Assembly: GCA_038325875.1 (NCBI GenBank)
Contig: JBBQJL010000007.1
Location: forward strand, 50-64,049
DNA: 64,000 nucleotides
Reading direction: 5' to 3'
Source of the DNA: Candidatus Limnocylindrales bacterium
GTDB taxonomy: Bacteria; Chloroflexota; Limnocylindria; Limnocylindrales; CSP1-4
Below, piece by piece: positions 35,719 to 44,870 of the stretch. Position numbers and translations under genes: made by a program. The notes beneath the pieces were generated by a model. The model saw nothing but the letters and a program-made list of their open reading frames with translations, was not told where the DNA came from and made no database searches. Every line of letters begins with the position of its first letter. Position 1 is the first letter of the stretch.

Positions 35719-37343
35719 GGACGAGCGGACCTCAGTCTTGCAGGGCCGTCGGATGGTAGCACAGGGTCCAGCACGGAGTGACCGGCCACCCCCGGCCATG
35801 CGGGCAGGCCGGCCAGCTCGAGGATCGTCGGGGTGACGTCGGCGAGGACGCCGTCGTGGAGCTGCCGACCGGCCACGGCCCGGCCGACGGCCAGGATCGG
35901 GACCGGGTTCAGCGAGTGAGCGGTGAGCGGCGCTCCGCTCGGGTCGCGCATCGCGTCGGCATTGCCGTGGTCGGCGGTCACCAGCAGGATCCCGCCCGCC
36001 GCGTCCGGATCGTCGCGATCGACCGCCGTCAGCGCATCGACGACCCGGCCGAGGCACAGGTCGACGGTCGCCAGGGCCCGCAGGGTGGCATCCCAGTCCC
36101 CGGTGTGCCCGACCATGTCCGGATTGGCGTAGTTGGCCACGATCAGGTCGTAGGTCCCCGACCCGATCGCGCTGACGAGGGCGTCGGTCACGCCGGGCGC
36201 GCTCATCTCGGGCTGAAGGTCGTAGGTGGCGACCTTCGGACTCGGGACGAGGAGCCGATCCTCGCCCGGCCAGGGCGCCTCCCGGCCGCCGTTGAAGAAG
36301 TACGTGACGTGGGCGTACTTCTCCGTCTCGGCCACGTGGAACTGACGCCAGCCGGCGGCCGAGACGGCCCCGGCCAGGGACGGCGCTTCCTCCGTCGGGA
36401 AGGCGACCGCGACCGGCAGGCCGCCTTCGTACTCGGTCATCGTCACGATCAGCAGGTCCCGCGGCGGCGGGCTTCCGTCCGGCCCGGTCCGGTCGAACTG
36501 GGCGAACTCGGCATCGGCCAGGGCGTGGGTCAGCTGTCGAGCGCGATCCGCCCGGAAGTTGGCGTGGACGATCGGGTCCCCATCACGGACGCGGCCGTCG
36601 ACCCCGTCGATCACGGTCGGTCGGACGAACTCGTCGGTCTCGCCTCGGGCAGCGGCGGCCTCGATCGCGGCGGCCGCGCTGGGGGCGCGCTCCCCCACTC
36701 CGTGGACGATGGCCGCGTAGCCGAGCGCGACCCGTTCCCAGCGCTTGTCGCGATCCATGGCGTAGTAGCGCCCACCGATCGTCGCGATCCCGGCGTCGGG
36801 ATGCGCCGCGGCCAGGCGTCGTTCCAGGTCGTCGACGAAGCCGCCGGCCGAGCTCGGCGGCGTGTCCCGCCCGTCGAGCAGCGCGTGGATCCGCACCTCG
36901 GGCACAGCGCGCCGGGCGGCCAGCTCGACCAGGGCGACCAGGTGGCGATCGTTGGCGTGGACGCCGCCCGGCCCGATCAGGCTGATGATGTGGAGTCGCC
37001 CGCCCGGCCGGGCAGCCCGGTCGCACCCGGCGACGAGCGCCGGGCGCTCGAAGAACGACCCGTCGGCCAGGGCGGCATCGATCCGGGGCAGGTCCTGGAG
37101 GACCGGCTGGCCGGTCCCCAGGTTGAGGTGACCGACCTCCGAGTTGCCCATCTGGCCCGGCGGCAGGCCGACGGCATCCTCGGAGGCGCGCAGGACGGCA
37201 TGCGGCCAGTGCGCCAGCAGGCCGCGCCAGGTCGGCATCGGCGCGGCGGCGATGGCGTCCGCGGACGGGTCGTGACCGATCCCGAACCCGTCGAGGACGA
37301 CGAGGACGATCGGGCGAGGCCGCTCGAGTCGGTCGCCGGTCAC
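35715..37343 (-). CDS. gpmI: 2,3-bisphosphoglycerate-independent phosphoglycerate mutase
   Basis: VVLDGFGIG, MGNSEVGHLNLG and TADHGNA are the iPGM metal and phosphoserine motifs. Confidence 0.93.
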   Translation of the reverse strand: MTGDRLERPRPIVLVVLDGFGIGHDPSADAIAAAPMPTWRGLLAHWPHAVLRASEDAVGLPPGQMGNSEVGHLNLGTGQPVLQDLPRIDAALADGSFFERPALVAGCDRAARPGGRLHIISLIGPGGVHANDRHLVALVELAARRAVPEVRIHALLDGRDTPPSSAGGFVDDLERRLAAAHPDAGIATIGGRYYAMDRDKRWERVALGYAAIVHGVGERAPSAAAAIEAAAARGETDEFVRPTVIDGVDGRVRDGDPIVHANFRADRARQLTHALADAEFAQFDRTGPDGSPPPRDLLIVTMTEYEGGLPVAVAFPTEEAPSLAGAVSAAGWRQFHVAETEKYAHVTYFFNGGREAPWPGEDRLLVPSPKVATYDLQPEMSAPGVTDALVSAIGSGTYDLIVANYANPDMVGHTGDWDATLRALATVDLCLGRVVDALTAVDRDDPDAAGGILLVTADHGNADAMRDPSGAPLTAHSLNPVPILAVGRAVAGRQLHDGVLADVTPTILELAGLPAWPGVAGHSVLDPVLPSDGPARLRSARP

Positions 37344-38155
37344 CCCTGTCCGCCGGCCCGGGCCGCCGAGGTCAGCCCCGCCCGGGCGACGATGCCGGCC
37401 ATCTCGTCCGGCTTGAGCGAGGCGCCGCCGACGAGCGCGCCGTCGATCGCGGGCTCGGCCAGGAACTCACCGATGTTCGCCGCGCTGACACTCCCGCCGT
37501 AGAGGACCGGGATCGTGTCGGCGGCGGCCGCGCCGAGACCGGCCTCGGCCAGTGCGCGCCGGATCGTGTCGGCCATCGCGGCGGCATCCGCGCCGGTGGC
37601 GTTGCGGCCCGTGCCGATCGCCCAGACGGGCTCGTAGGCGATGACGGCGCCACTCGCGGCGAAGTCGTCGGCGACATCGCCGCCCTCGGTCTCACGGAGC
37701 GCGGCCACGATCCCGCGGATCTGGGCGCCGACCACGGCATCGGCCCGGCCGGCCTCACGGTCGGCCAGCAGCTCGCCCACGCACACGATCGGGCGCAGTC
37801 CGGCGGAGATCGCCCGGCGCAGCTTGCGGCCGACCAACTCATCGGTCTCGCCGGCGTCGCGCCGTCGTTCCGAGTGGCCGAGGATGACCCAGCTGGCCAG
37901 GCCGGCCAGCATCGGGGCGCTCGTCTCGCCGGTGAATGCCCCACTCAACTCGTGGTGGATGGTCTGGGCCCCGACCGCGACCCCGGACCCGGCGAGGGCG
38001 TCCCCGACGGCGGCCAGGCACATGAACGGCGGGCAGATCACCCGCTCGACCGGGCCCTCGACCCGGGTCCGCGCAGCGATCGTGGCGGCCAGCTCGCCGG
38101 CATCGGCCGGGGTGGTGTGCATCTTCCAGTTGGCAGCGATGACGACAGGTCTCAT
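37340..38155 (-). CDS. tpiA: Triosephosphate isomerase
   Basis: IAANWKMH, ILGHSERR, AYEPVWAIGTG and YGGSV motifs. ATG at 38155. Confidence 0.95.
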   Translation of the reverse strand: MRPVVIAANWKMHTTPADAGELAATIAARTRVEGPVERVICPPFMCLAAVGDALAGSGVAVGAQTIHHELSGAFTGETSAPMLAGLASWVILGHSERRRDAGETDELVGRKLRRAISAGLRPIVCVGELLADREAGRADAVVGAQIRGIVAALRETEGGDVADDFAASGAVIAYEPVWAIGTGRNATGADAAAMADTIRRALAEAGLGAAAADTIPVLYGGSVSAANIGEFLAEPAIDGALVGGASLKPDEMAGIVARAGLTSAARAGGQG

Positions 38156-38162
38156 GGCTGAA

Positions 38163-39002
38163 TCATGCCAGAGCGCGGGTCGTGTCTCGATGCCCCGCCA
38201 ACCGCTCGATCCGCTCGAGGGCGCGTTGGACCGTCGACCGGTGCAACTCGAGCCGCGCGGCCAGCTCGCCGAAGGTCGCCTCCGGGGTCTCGCGCCGTGC
38301 GCTGGCGACGATCCGGACGACAAACGGCTGCTCCGCCAGCCGGCCGTCCGTCTCGAGGAGGTCGATCGCGCGAAGCTGGCGCGACGAGGCGATCACCGCC
38401 CGCTGGAGGTTGGCCGACTCGGCGTTGATGACCCGGTTGATGTCGCCCCGGAGCGCTCGCGCGACCTGCCGGCTCTCCAGCTCGAGGATCGCCGAGCCCG
38501 CGCCGATCCGACGCAGGAAGGTGCCGATCGTATCGGCGCTCTTCCAGGTCACGACCCCGCGGCCACGGCGAAGTCGCCACGACGCCGGCATGCCCAGCGC
38601 GTCGAGTCGCTCGGCGAGCAGCGGCGCCTCATCGGGCTTGACCACGAACTCGAGATGGGCTCGGCCGGAGGCCAGGCTGAGCGAGCCACGGGCGAGGAAC
38701 CGGCCGCGCAGCCAGGCCAGGCGACAGTGGTCGGCGGCCCGATCCCAGTCGAACGGCGGGGCGTCGGCCGCCCCCTCCTCGACCCGGACATGCTTCGTCC
38801 GGCGGGGCGTGGCGAGCAACCGTCCGGCTTCCATCGGCTCGCGGCCGAGACGGACGGCGAGCCTGGCCACGGCGGCCTCGCGCGTCGCCAGGGCGGTGCC
38901 CAGGCCGGCCGATTCCGCGGCCCGGTCGCACGCCCGCTGCGGGACGATCGAGGCCAGCTCGGTCCGGATGGCCGTGACCAGGTCGCGGTCGGTGCCGCTC
39001 AA
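38163..39002 (-). CDS. whiA: Sporulation/cell-division transcription regulator WhiA
   Basis: LVTAIRTELASIVPQRACDR at the N-terminus, LAGLIDADG-like middle blocks (WLRGRFLARGS), and a C-terminal HTH (ATFGELAARLELHRSTVQRALERI). The start is uncertain (TTG at 39002 or GTG at 39053). Confidence 0.85.
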   Translation of the reverse strand: MSGTDRDLVTAIRTELASIVPQRACDRAAESAGLGTALATREAAVARLAVRLGREPMEAGRLLATPRRTKHVRVEEGAADAPPFDWDRAADHCRLAWLRGRFLARGSLSLASGRAHLEFVVKPDEAPLLAERLDALGMPASWRLRRGRGVVTWKSADTIGTFLRRIGAGSAILELESRQVARALRGDINRVINAESANLQRAVIASSRQLRAIDLLETDGRLAEQPFVVRIVASARRETPEATFGELAARLELHRSTVQRALERIERLAGHRDTTRALA

Positions 39003-39033
39003 GGCAGCTGGTCGCGTGGGCGGCGGTCGAGCG

Positions 39034-40404
39034 TCACGCGGTCCGGGCGACACTCCCGCCACGGCGGCGGGCGGCACCGTCCCGTTCGGCGATCCGGATG
39101 ATCGCCGCGGCAAGGCGGACGGGATCATGGTGACGCGGATCGGCCGGGTCGACCAGGTCGTCCAGGACGAGGCGCGGCGGTCGCTCGACGTTGGGCGGCC
39201 AGCGCAGTCGGATCGCATCGCCGTCGTGGACCACGGGAGCCGCCTGGACGCCGCTCTGCGACTCGGTCCGGTTGTTGGCCAGGACGATGTCGACGATCCC
39301 GCTCGACACGTGCCGCTCGAGCGCCTCGACGTGGTCGGCCAGGTCGAAATCGCTCGTCTCGCCCGGCTGCGTCGCGACGTTGCAGACATAGACCCGGGGA
39401 GCCGCTGAGGCGAGGACCGCGGCCCGGATCTCGGGCAGCAGCAACGCCGGCAGGACGCTGGTGAACAGGCTGCCCGGACCGATCACCAGGACGTCCGCCT
39501 CGGCGATCGCGGCGATCGCATCGGCCGAGGCCTCGACCCGATCGGGCATCAGCCAGACCCGCTCGATCCCGCTGGTCGCCGCGATCAGCGACTGGCCGAC
39601 GACCTCGGTCCCGTCGCTCAGCTCGGCGTGCAGCACGAGCGGCGTCGCCGATGCCGGGACGACCTGGCCGCGCACCGCCAGGACTCGGTTCATCTGGCGG
39701 ACGCCTTCCTCGAAGTCGCCGTCCTGGACCGCCGTCATCGCCGCGATCAGGAGGTTGCCGACGGCATGTCCGCCGAGGCTCTCCGGGACCTCGTCATCTG
39801 GGAAGCGGTACTGGAGCAGGCGGCCCATCAGCGGCTCGGCATCGGCCAGGGCGACGATGCAGTTGCGGATGTCACCGACCGGCGGGACCCCGAGCTGTTC
39901 GCGCAGCTTGCCCGACGAGCCGCCGTCATCGGCCACGGTGACCACGGCGGTCAGGTTGCTGGTGTGCTCCTTGAGCCCGCGCAGGAGGGTCGACAGCCCG
40001 GTCCCGCCGCCCAGCGCGACGATCTTCGGCCCCCGGGCCAGGAAGCGCTTCTGGTAGATGACCTCGACCAGCGGCCGATCCTCGTCGTCGGATCGGTACG
40101 GGCCGGTCAGGACCCTGGCCACCTTCCAGGCGGCGAAGGCGAAGATCGCCACTCCGACCGAGGCGAGGATGACGGCGCGCAGCCAGTACGGCAGGAACTG
40201 GAGGGTGACGGCCGACACGATCGGCTGGACCGGCTCGACCAGCTCGACGTCCCGGTAGACCTGGCGCAGGACGAAGGCCAGGCCGAACGCCAGGCCGAGC
40301 TCGCCCAGGAAGACCACGACCAGCCAGCGCTTGATCCCGATCCCGGGCGTCAGCCAGCGACGGAGGCCCATGGCGACCGTCCAGCGACCACGCGGCTCGC
40401 TCAT
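39034..40404 (-). CDS. yvcK: YvcK/CofD-like gluconeogenesis/cell-shape factor (UPF0052) with N-terminal TM extension
   Basis: IVALGGGTGLSTLLRGLK...LTAVVTVADDGGSSGKLR...GDIRNC is the family signature. Confidence 0.9.
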   Translation of the reverse strand: MSEPRGRWTVAMGLRRWLTPGIGIKRWLVVVFLGELGLAFGLAFVLRQVYRDVELVEPVQPIVSAVTLQFLPYWLRAVILASVGVAIFAFAAWKVARVLTGPYRSDDEDRPLVEVIYQKRFLARGPKIVALGGGTGLSTLLRGLKEHTSNLTAVVTVADDGGSSGKLREQLGVPPVGDIRNCIVALADAEPLMGRLLQYRFPDDEVPESLGGHAVGNLLIAAMTAVQDGDFEEGVRQMNRVLAVRGQVVPASATPLVLHAELSDGTEVVGQSLIAATSGIERVWLMPDRVEASADAIAAIAEADVLVIGPGSLFTSVLPALLLPEIRAAVLASAAPRVYVCNVATQPGETSDFDLADHVEALERHVSSGIVDIVLANNRTESQSGVQAAPVVHDGDAIRLRWPPNVERPPRLVLDDLVDPADPRHHDPVRLAAAIIRIAERDGAARRRGGSVARTA

Positions 40405-40408
40405 CGGC

Positions 40409-41332
40409 TCAACCGCGCTCGAGCTCGCGATGGAAGACAGCCACCGTGCCGAAGTCCTGCTGGCGCAGCCAGGCGGCGATCTCCTCGGCGATGGCGATCG
40501 ATCGATGGAAGCCGCCGGTGCAGCCGATCCCGATGGTCAGGCGGGTCTTGCCCTCGCCGACGTAGGCCGGCATGACGAAGGTCAGGAAGTCGCGCAGGTA
40601 GGCCAGGAAGCGGATCGTCGTCGGCTGGTCGAGCACGAACGTGCGGACCTCGTCGGTCAGGCCGGACGACGTCCGGAGCTCGTCGATGTAATACGGGTTC
40701 TGCATGAACCGAACGTCGAACACGAGGTCCGCCTCGAGCGGCAGACCGTACTTGAAGCCGAAGCTGATCAGCTGGATCGCCAGCTTGTCCGGGTCGGGCG
40801 AGTCGGCCAGGTGGGTGAACACCCGCTCGCGCAGCTCACGCAAGGCCAGGTCGCTCGTGTCGAGCACGACATCGGCCTCGTCCCGGATCGGCTCGAGTCG
40901 ACGGCGCTCCTCCGCGATCGAGGCGGCGATCCCGCGCTGGCCGGCCAGCGGATGCCGATGACGGGTCTCGGAGAAGCGCCGGATGAGGACGTCGTCGCGG
41001 GCCTCGAGGAAGAAGATCTGCGGCTTGATCCCGCGGCCCTCGAGCGCGCCGCGCATCGCCGCCAGGGCGAGGACCGCGTCGCCGGCCCGGACATCGAGCA
41101 CGATGGCGGTCTTGTCGAACCGCTCACGGTCGTCCGAGACGAGCTCGGCCAGCTCGGGCAGGAGCTCGCCGGGCAGGTTGTCGACGCAGGTGTAGCCGAG
41201 GTCCTCGAACAGCTTGGTCGCGGCGGTCTTGCCCGCCCCGGACAGGCCGCTGAGGATGACCACGTGAGGGTTCCCCGCGCGCTGTGAGGCCGCCGCAGGA
41301 TCGGACGAGTCGAGGGGACCGGGGCCGCTCAT
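40409..41332 (-). CDS. rapZ: RNase adapter / nucleotide-binding protein RapZ (YvcJ)
   Basis: VVILSGLSGAGKTAATKLFEDLGYTCVDNLP at the N-terminus and GCTGGFHRS in the C-terminal domain. Confidence 0.92.
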   Translation of the reverse strand: MSGPGPLDSSDPAAASQRAGNPHVVILSGLSGAGKTAATKLFEDLGYTCVDNLPGELLPELAELVSDDRERFDKTAIVLDVRAGDAVLALAAMRGALEGRGIKPQIFFLEARDDVLIRRFSETRHRHPLAGQRGIAASIAEERRRLEPIRDEADVVLDTSDLALRELRERVFTHLADSPDPDKLAIQLISFGFKYGLPLEADLVFDVRFMQNPYYIDELRTSSGLTDEVRTFVLDQPTTIRFLAYLRDFLTFVMPAYVGEGKTRLTIGIGCTGGFHRSIAIAEEIAAWLRQQDFGTVAVFHRELERG

Positions 41333-41356
41333 CGGGCCAAGTCTACGCTGCGACGC

Positions 41357-42163
41357 TCAGCGACCGCCCCGGGCGATGAACCAGGTGGTTACTTCGTACA
41401 GGACGTACATCGTCACGCCCAGCACGAATGGGCTGACCAGGTCGCCGCCCGGCGTGACCACCGTGGCGAAGATGGTGATCCCAAGGATGACGTAGCGCCG
41501 TGAATGGCGCAGCCGCTCAGAACTGAGGATGTTCACCCGGGACAGGGCGTACAAGATGATCGGGAACTCCATGACCAGGCCGAAGGCCAGGAACAGGGTG
41601 GTCACGAAATCGAAGTACGGCCCGGCCGCCAGCGAGGCGATCAGGGTCGTCCCGTTGGTGAAGCCGAGCAGGAACCCGACCGCGTAGGGCAGGATGACGT
41701 AGGCGATGCCGACCCCGAGCGCGAAGAACACGATGGCCATCGGCAGCCACGGCCGGATCGTCTTGCGCTCCTGCGCGGTCAGCCCGGGGCCCACGAACGC
41801 CCACAGTTGGTAGAGGATCACCGGCATCGCCAGGATGATCCCGATGACGATCGAGATCTTCATCACGATGAAGAACGCATCGCCCGGCCCGAGCACGATC
41901 AGCCCTTTCTGAAGGTCCCCCAGCGGTGCCTCGAGCAGGACGATGACCCGATCGCTCAGCAGGTAGCCGACGACCGATCCGACCGCCACTGCCGCGATCA
42001 TCTTGAACAGGCGGTCGCGCAGCTCACCAAGGTGGTCGACGAGGCTCATCGTCGACAGATCCATGGGCGGGGACGCGGCCGGCGGTGATGACTCCGGGCT
42101 GACGATCACGACTGCGCTCGGGTTTGCCGGAGCGGCCTCACCCGAGGTCTGATCGTCGGTCAT
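41357..42163 (-). CDS. tatC: Twin-arginine translocase subunit TatC
   Basis: MSLVDHLGELRDRL, six TM helices, and LWAFVGPGLTAQERK. An internal ATG (MDLSTMSL) is an alternative start. Confidence 0.92.
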   Translation of the reverse strand: MTDDQTSGEAAPANPSAVVIVSPESSPPAASPPMDLSTMSLVDHLGELRDRLFKMIAAVAVGSVVGYLLSDRVIVLLEAPLGDLQKGLIVLGPGDAFFIVMKISIVIGIILAMPVILYQLWAFVGPGLTAQERKTIRPWLPMAIVFFALGVGIAYVILPYAVGFLLGFTNGTTLIASLAAGPYFDFVTTLFLAFGLVMEFPIILYALSRVNILSSERLRHSRRYVILGITIFATVVTPGGDLVSPFVLGVTMYVLYEVTTWFIARGGR

Positions 42164-42196
42164 GGCGATCCCCGGGTCCGGCCCCGCGAGTGCGGG

Positions 42197-42676
42197 TTAG
42201 GACGCGTTCTCGGAACCGGGCTGCTCCGGCGAGGCAACGCTCGGCGGGAGCGTCGCGACCTCGGCGGGCGGGGCGGCGGTCGGTGCCGGTTCGAGCGCGG
42301 CCGCGGCCATCAGCGGCGCCGTCGGCTCGGGTGGAAGGGCGAACGTCTCGACCGGGGCGGCAGGCTCGACGGCCGGCGGAGCCGCGACCGGTGCCGCAGG
42401 CTCGACGGCCGGCGGAGCCGCGACCGGCGCCGCGGCGACGACCGGTGCCACGGCGGCGGCTGCGATCGGCGCGGCCGAGGCAGCAGGCGCTGCCGCGGCC
42501 GGGGGCAGCGGCGCGGTATCGACTGAGACCGAATCCTGGATGTCGGATGAGGCCTTGCGGAACTCGCGGATGCCCTTGCCAAGTGCGGAACCGACGTCCG
42601 GCAGACGGCCGGGGCCAAGGATGAGCAGCGCGATCACGAGGATGATGACGAGCTCAAGCGGTCCGGGCACGGGCAT
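42197..42676 (-). CDS. tatA: Twin-arginine translocase subunit TatA/E with long Ala/Pro-rich tail
   Basis: ELVIILVIALLILGPGRLPDVGSALGKGIREFRKA is the TatA TM plus amphipathic helix. The tail contains the AAPVAAPPAVEP repeat. Confidence 0.9.
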   Translation of the reverse strand: MPVPGPLELVIILVIALLILGPGRLPDVGSALGKGIREFRKASSDIQDSVSVDTAPLPPAAAAPAASAAPIAAAAVAPVVAAAPVAAPPAVEPAAPVAAPPAVEPAAPVETFALPPEPTAPLMAAAALEPAPTAAPPAEVATLPPSVASPEQPGSENAS

Positions 42677-42723
42677 CGGTGTGCGCTGCTCCTTGCGTTC
42701 AGATCACGCCCATCGGCGGGCGG

Positions 42724-43596
42724 CTACCTTAGCATAGGAAGGCGTTCCGCCCACGCTCGGGCGGCCATCGCCAGGGCGTCGCCGAGGTCGCGCCCGGACC
42801 GTGCCCCGGCCCCGTCCGTGGCGGCTCGCGCGATCCCCCGTGAGACGTTCACCAGGAGTCCGCCGCCTCGCCCGCCGCCGGCTGGCAGGACGGTCGCCGG
42901 CCCATGCTCGAGGACGGGTGCGACCTCGCCGCCCTGGGCGCCCACCCCGGGGACCAGGAAGGCCAGGCCCGGGGCCGTGCTCCGGATCCGGGCCATCTCC
43001 TCGGGCGCGGTCGCCCCGACGACGAGACCGACGGTCCCACCCGGTCCCCAACCGGCGACCCGTCGCGCTACGCGTTCATACAGCCGTTCCGCCGGCGCCC
43101 CGTCGGCGGCCTCGACCAGCAGGTCTTGCAGCTCGCCGGCGCCCGGGTTCGACGTGCGGCAGAGGACATAGGCGAACCGGTCCGCCCGCTCGAGGAGCGG
43201 CTCGACCGCCTCCCCGCCGAGGTACGGATTGACCGTGATCGCGTCGGCCCCGAGTCGATCGAACAGGGCGGTCGCCTGGCGTGCCGCAGTGGATCCGATG
43301 TCGCCCCGCTTGACGTCGGCGATGAACGGCACGTCGGATGGGACGAGCGCCCGGAGGCGCTCCAGCGCGGCCAGCCCGTCCGGCCCGAACGCCTCGAAGA
43401 AGGCCAGGTTCGGCTTGACCGCCGCCGCCGACGGGAGGCACGCCTCGATGAGCAGGGCGCAGAACGCCTCGACGCCGGCGATGTCCGCCGAGAACCCGTT
43501 CGGGAGCGCCTCCGGATCGGGATCGAGCCCGAGGCACAGGACCGTCCCCGTCCGGGCGGTCCGGGCGGCGAGCCGCTCGAGGTAACCCAGGGTCAC
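42724..43596 (-). CDS. pyrF: Orotidine 5'-phosphate decarboxylase (type 2)
   Basis: LCLGLDPDP, KPNLAFFEA, FIADVKRGDIGSTA and VNPYLG motifs. The GTG start overlaps the upstream stop (GTGA). Confidence 0.9.
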   Translation of the reverse strand: MTLGYLERLAARTARTGTVLCLGLDPDPEALPNGFSADIAGVEAFCALLIEACLPSAAAVKPNLAFFEAFGPDGLAALERLRALVPSDVPFIADVKRGDIGSTAARQATALFDRLGADAITVNPYLGGEAVEPLLERADRFAYVLCRTSNPGAGELQDLLVEAADGAPAERLYERVARRVAGWGPGGTVGLVVGATAPEEMARIRSTAPGLAFLVPGVGAQGGEVAPVLEHGPATVLPAGGGRGGGLLVNVSRGIARAATDGAGARSGRDLGDALAMAARAWAERLPMLR

Positions 43597-44870
43597 GGGA
43601 CCTTCGAGCCGCTCGGGCTGGCGGCAGGGGCGGAGCCGGCCGGTGTGGCCGGCGGCGGGGGAAGCTGATCGGCGGGGATGTACCAGCTCGCGCCGGAGCC
43701 ACCGTCGAGCCCGCTGTACTGGGTGACGTCCGGCATCTGGGACGCCGTCCAGGTCGGTCCGGCGCCGGTCAACCCGATCATCTTCAGATCGACGATCAGG
43801 CCGTCGATGTTCATGTACACGATCGAGTCCCCCTTCGGCGACCAGACCGGCGCCCATGACCGGTCGTCGTGGGTCAGGCGGAGCACCTCGGATCCGCTCC
43901 TGGCGTCGAGGATCGCGATGTCGGTCCCGATCGAGCTCGTCTTGGTGACAGCGATCCAGCGGCCGTCCGGCGACCAGGACGGCTGCATGTAGCCCGGCGC
44001 GCCGAGCGGGCTGGTCTTCTTGGTGGCCGGATCGTAGCGATAGATCGTCGCCGCCCCCGCGGTCCCGTTCCGCCCGTTCTTGACGTACAGCAGCTGCTTC
44101 CCGTCGGGACGCCAGGCGGGGTCCTGGTGCCCCAGCGGAGGGGTCTCGCCGACCGGGACGCGCTTCATCGAGTCGCCCTTGACGTTGTAGGTCTGGAGGA
44201 CGACGTCACTCTTCGTCGGATCCGGCCCATCGGACACCAGGGCGACCGTGTTGCCGTCCGGCGAGACGCGCGGCTGGCGCATCCAGTAGAACCAGGTGTA
44301 GCGACCCTGGCGGTAGCGCCCGCTCTGGAGCTTCTCGGCCCCGCTGCCGTCGGCGTGGATCCGGGTCAGGACCGGATAGTCCATCGAATAGCGGTTCGCG
44401 ACGTCCCCGCCCCCGGGGAAGAAGCCCTGGTCGTGGACGCTCTCGATGTAGTAGATCCACGTCCCGTCGGGCGACCAGCTCGGCATCGAACCCGTGCCGC
44501 TGGTGGTGATCTGGGTCGCCCGGTTCCCGGTCTGGGTCCACAGGTTGCCCTGCTTGACGAAGACGAGCGTGCCCGGGATGTTCGTCCGCGGATCGACCAC
44601 GACGACGTTCGACGGCGCCGGCGTGCGGACCGGCCCCAGGACTCCGCCTCCGCCGCCGCCGTTGCCACCGCCTCCCCCGCCGCCGGAGCCCCCGCCGCCC
44701 GGGAGCGGGATGGAGCCGGTGAACAGGCCGATGGTCAGGAGCGCGATGACGACCAGGCCCACGGCCGCCATGGCCGGGGCGACGAGCGAGCCCGCCGGAC
44801 CGATCCCGTACGGATCGCCGGCCGGCCGACCGGCCTTCGGCGCGCCGACGCGACCCGCTCGACGGGTCAT
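43593..44870 (-). CDS. TolB-like beta-propeller (PD40/WD40-like repeat) protein, N-terminally TM-anchored with poly-Gly linker
   Basis: Repeated P.WSPDG blocks (PSWSPDGTWIYY, RVSPDGNTVALV, PAWRPDGKQLLY, PSWSPDGRWIAV, PVWSPKGDSIVY). Confidence 0.82.
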   Translation of the reverse strand: MTRRAGRVGAPKAGRPAGDPYGIGPAGSLVAPAMAAVGLVVIALLTIGLFTGSIPLPGGGGSGGGGGGGNGGGGGGVLGPVRTPAPSNVVVVDPRTNIPGTLVFVKQGNLWTQTGNRATQITTSGTGSMPSWSPDGTWIYYIESVHDQGFFPGGGDVANRYSMDYPVLTRIHADGSGAEKLQSGRYRQGRYTWFYWMRQPRVSPDGNTVALVSDGPDPTKSDVVLQTYNVKGDSMKRVPVGETPPLGHQDPAWRPDGKQLLYVKNGRNGTAGAATIYRYDPATKKTSPLGAPGYMQPSWSPDGRWIAVTKTSSIGTDIAILDARSGSEVLRLTHDDRSWAPVWSPKGDSIVYMNIDGLIVDLKMIGLTGAGPTWTASQMPDVTQYSGLDGGSGASWYIPADQLPPPPATPAGSAPAASPSGSKVP

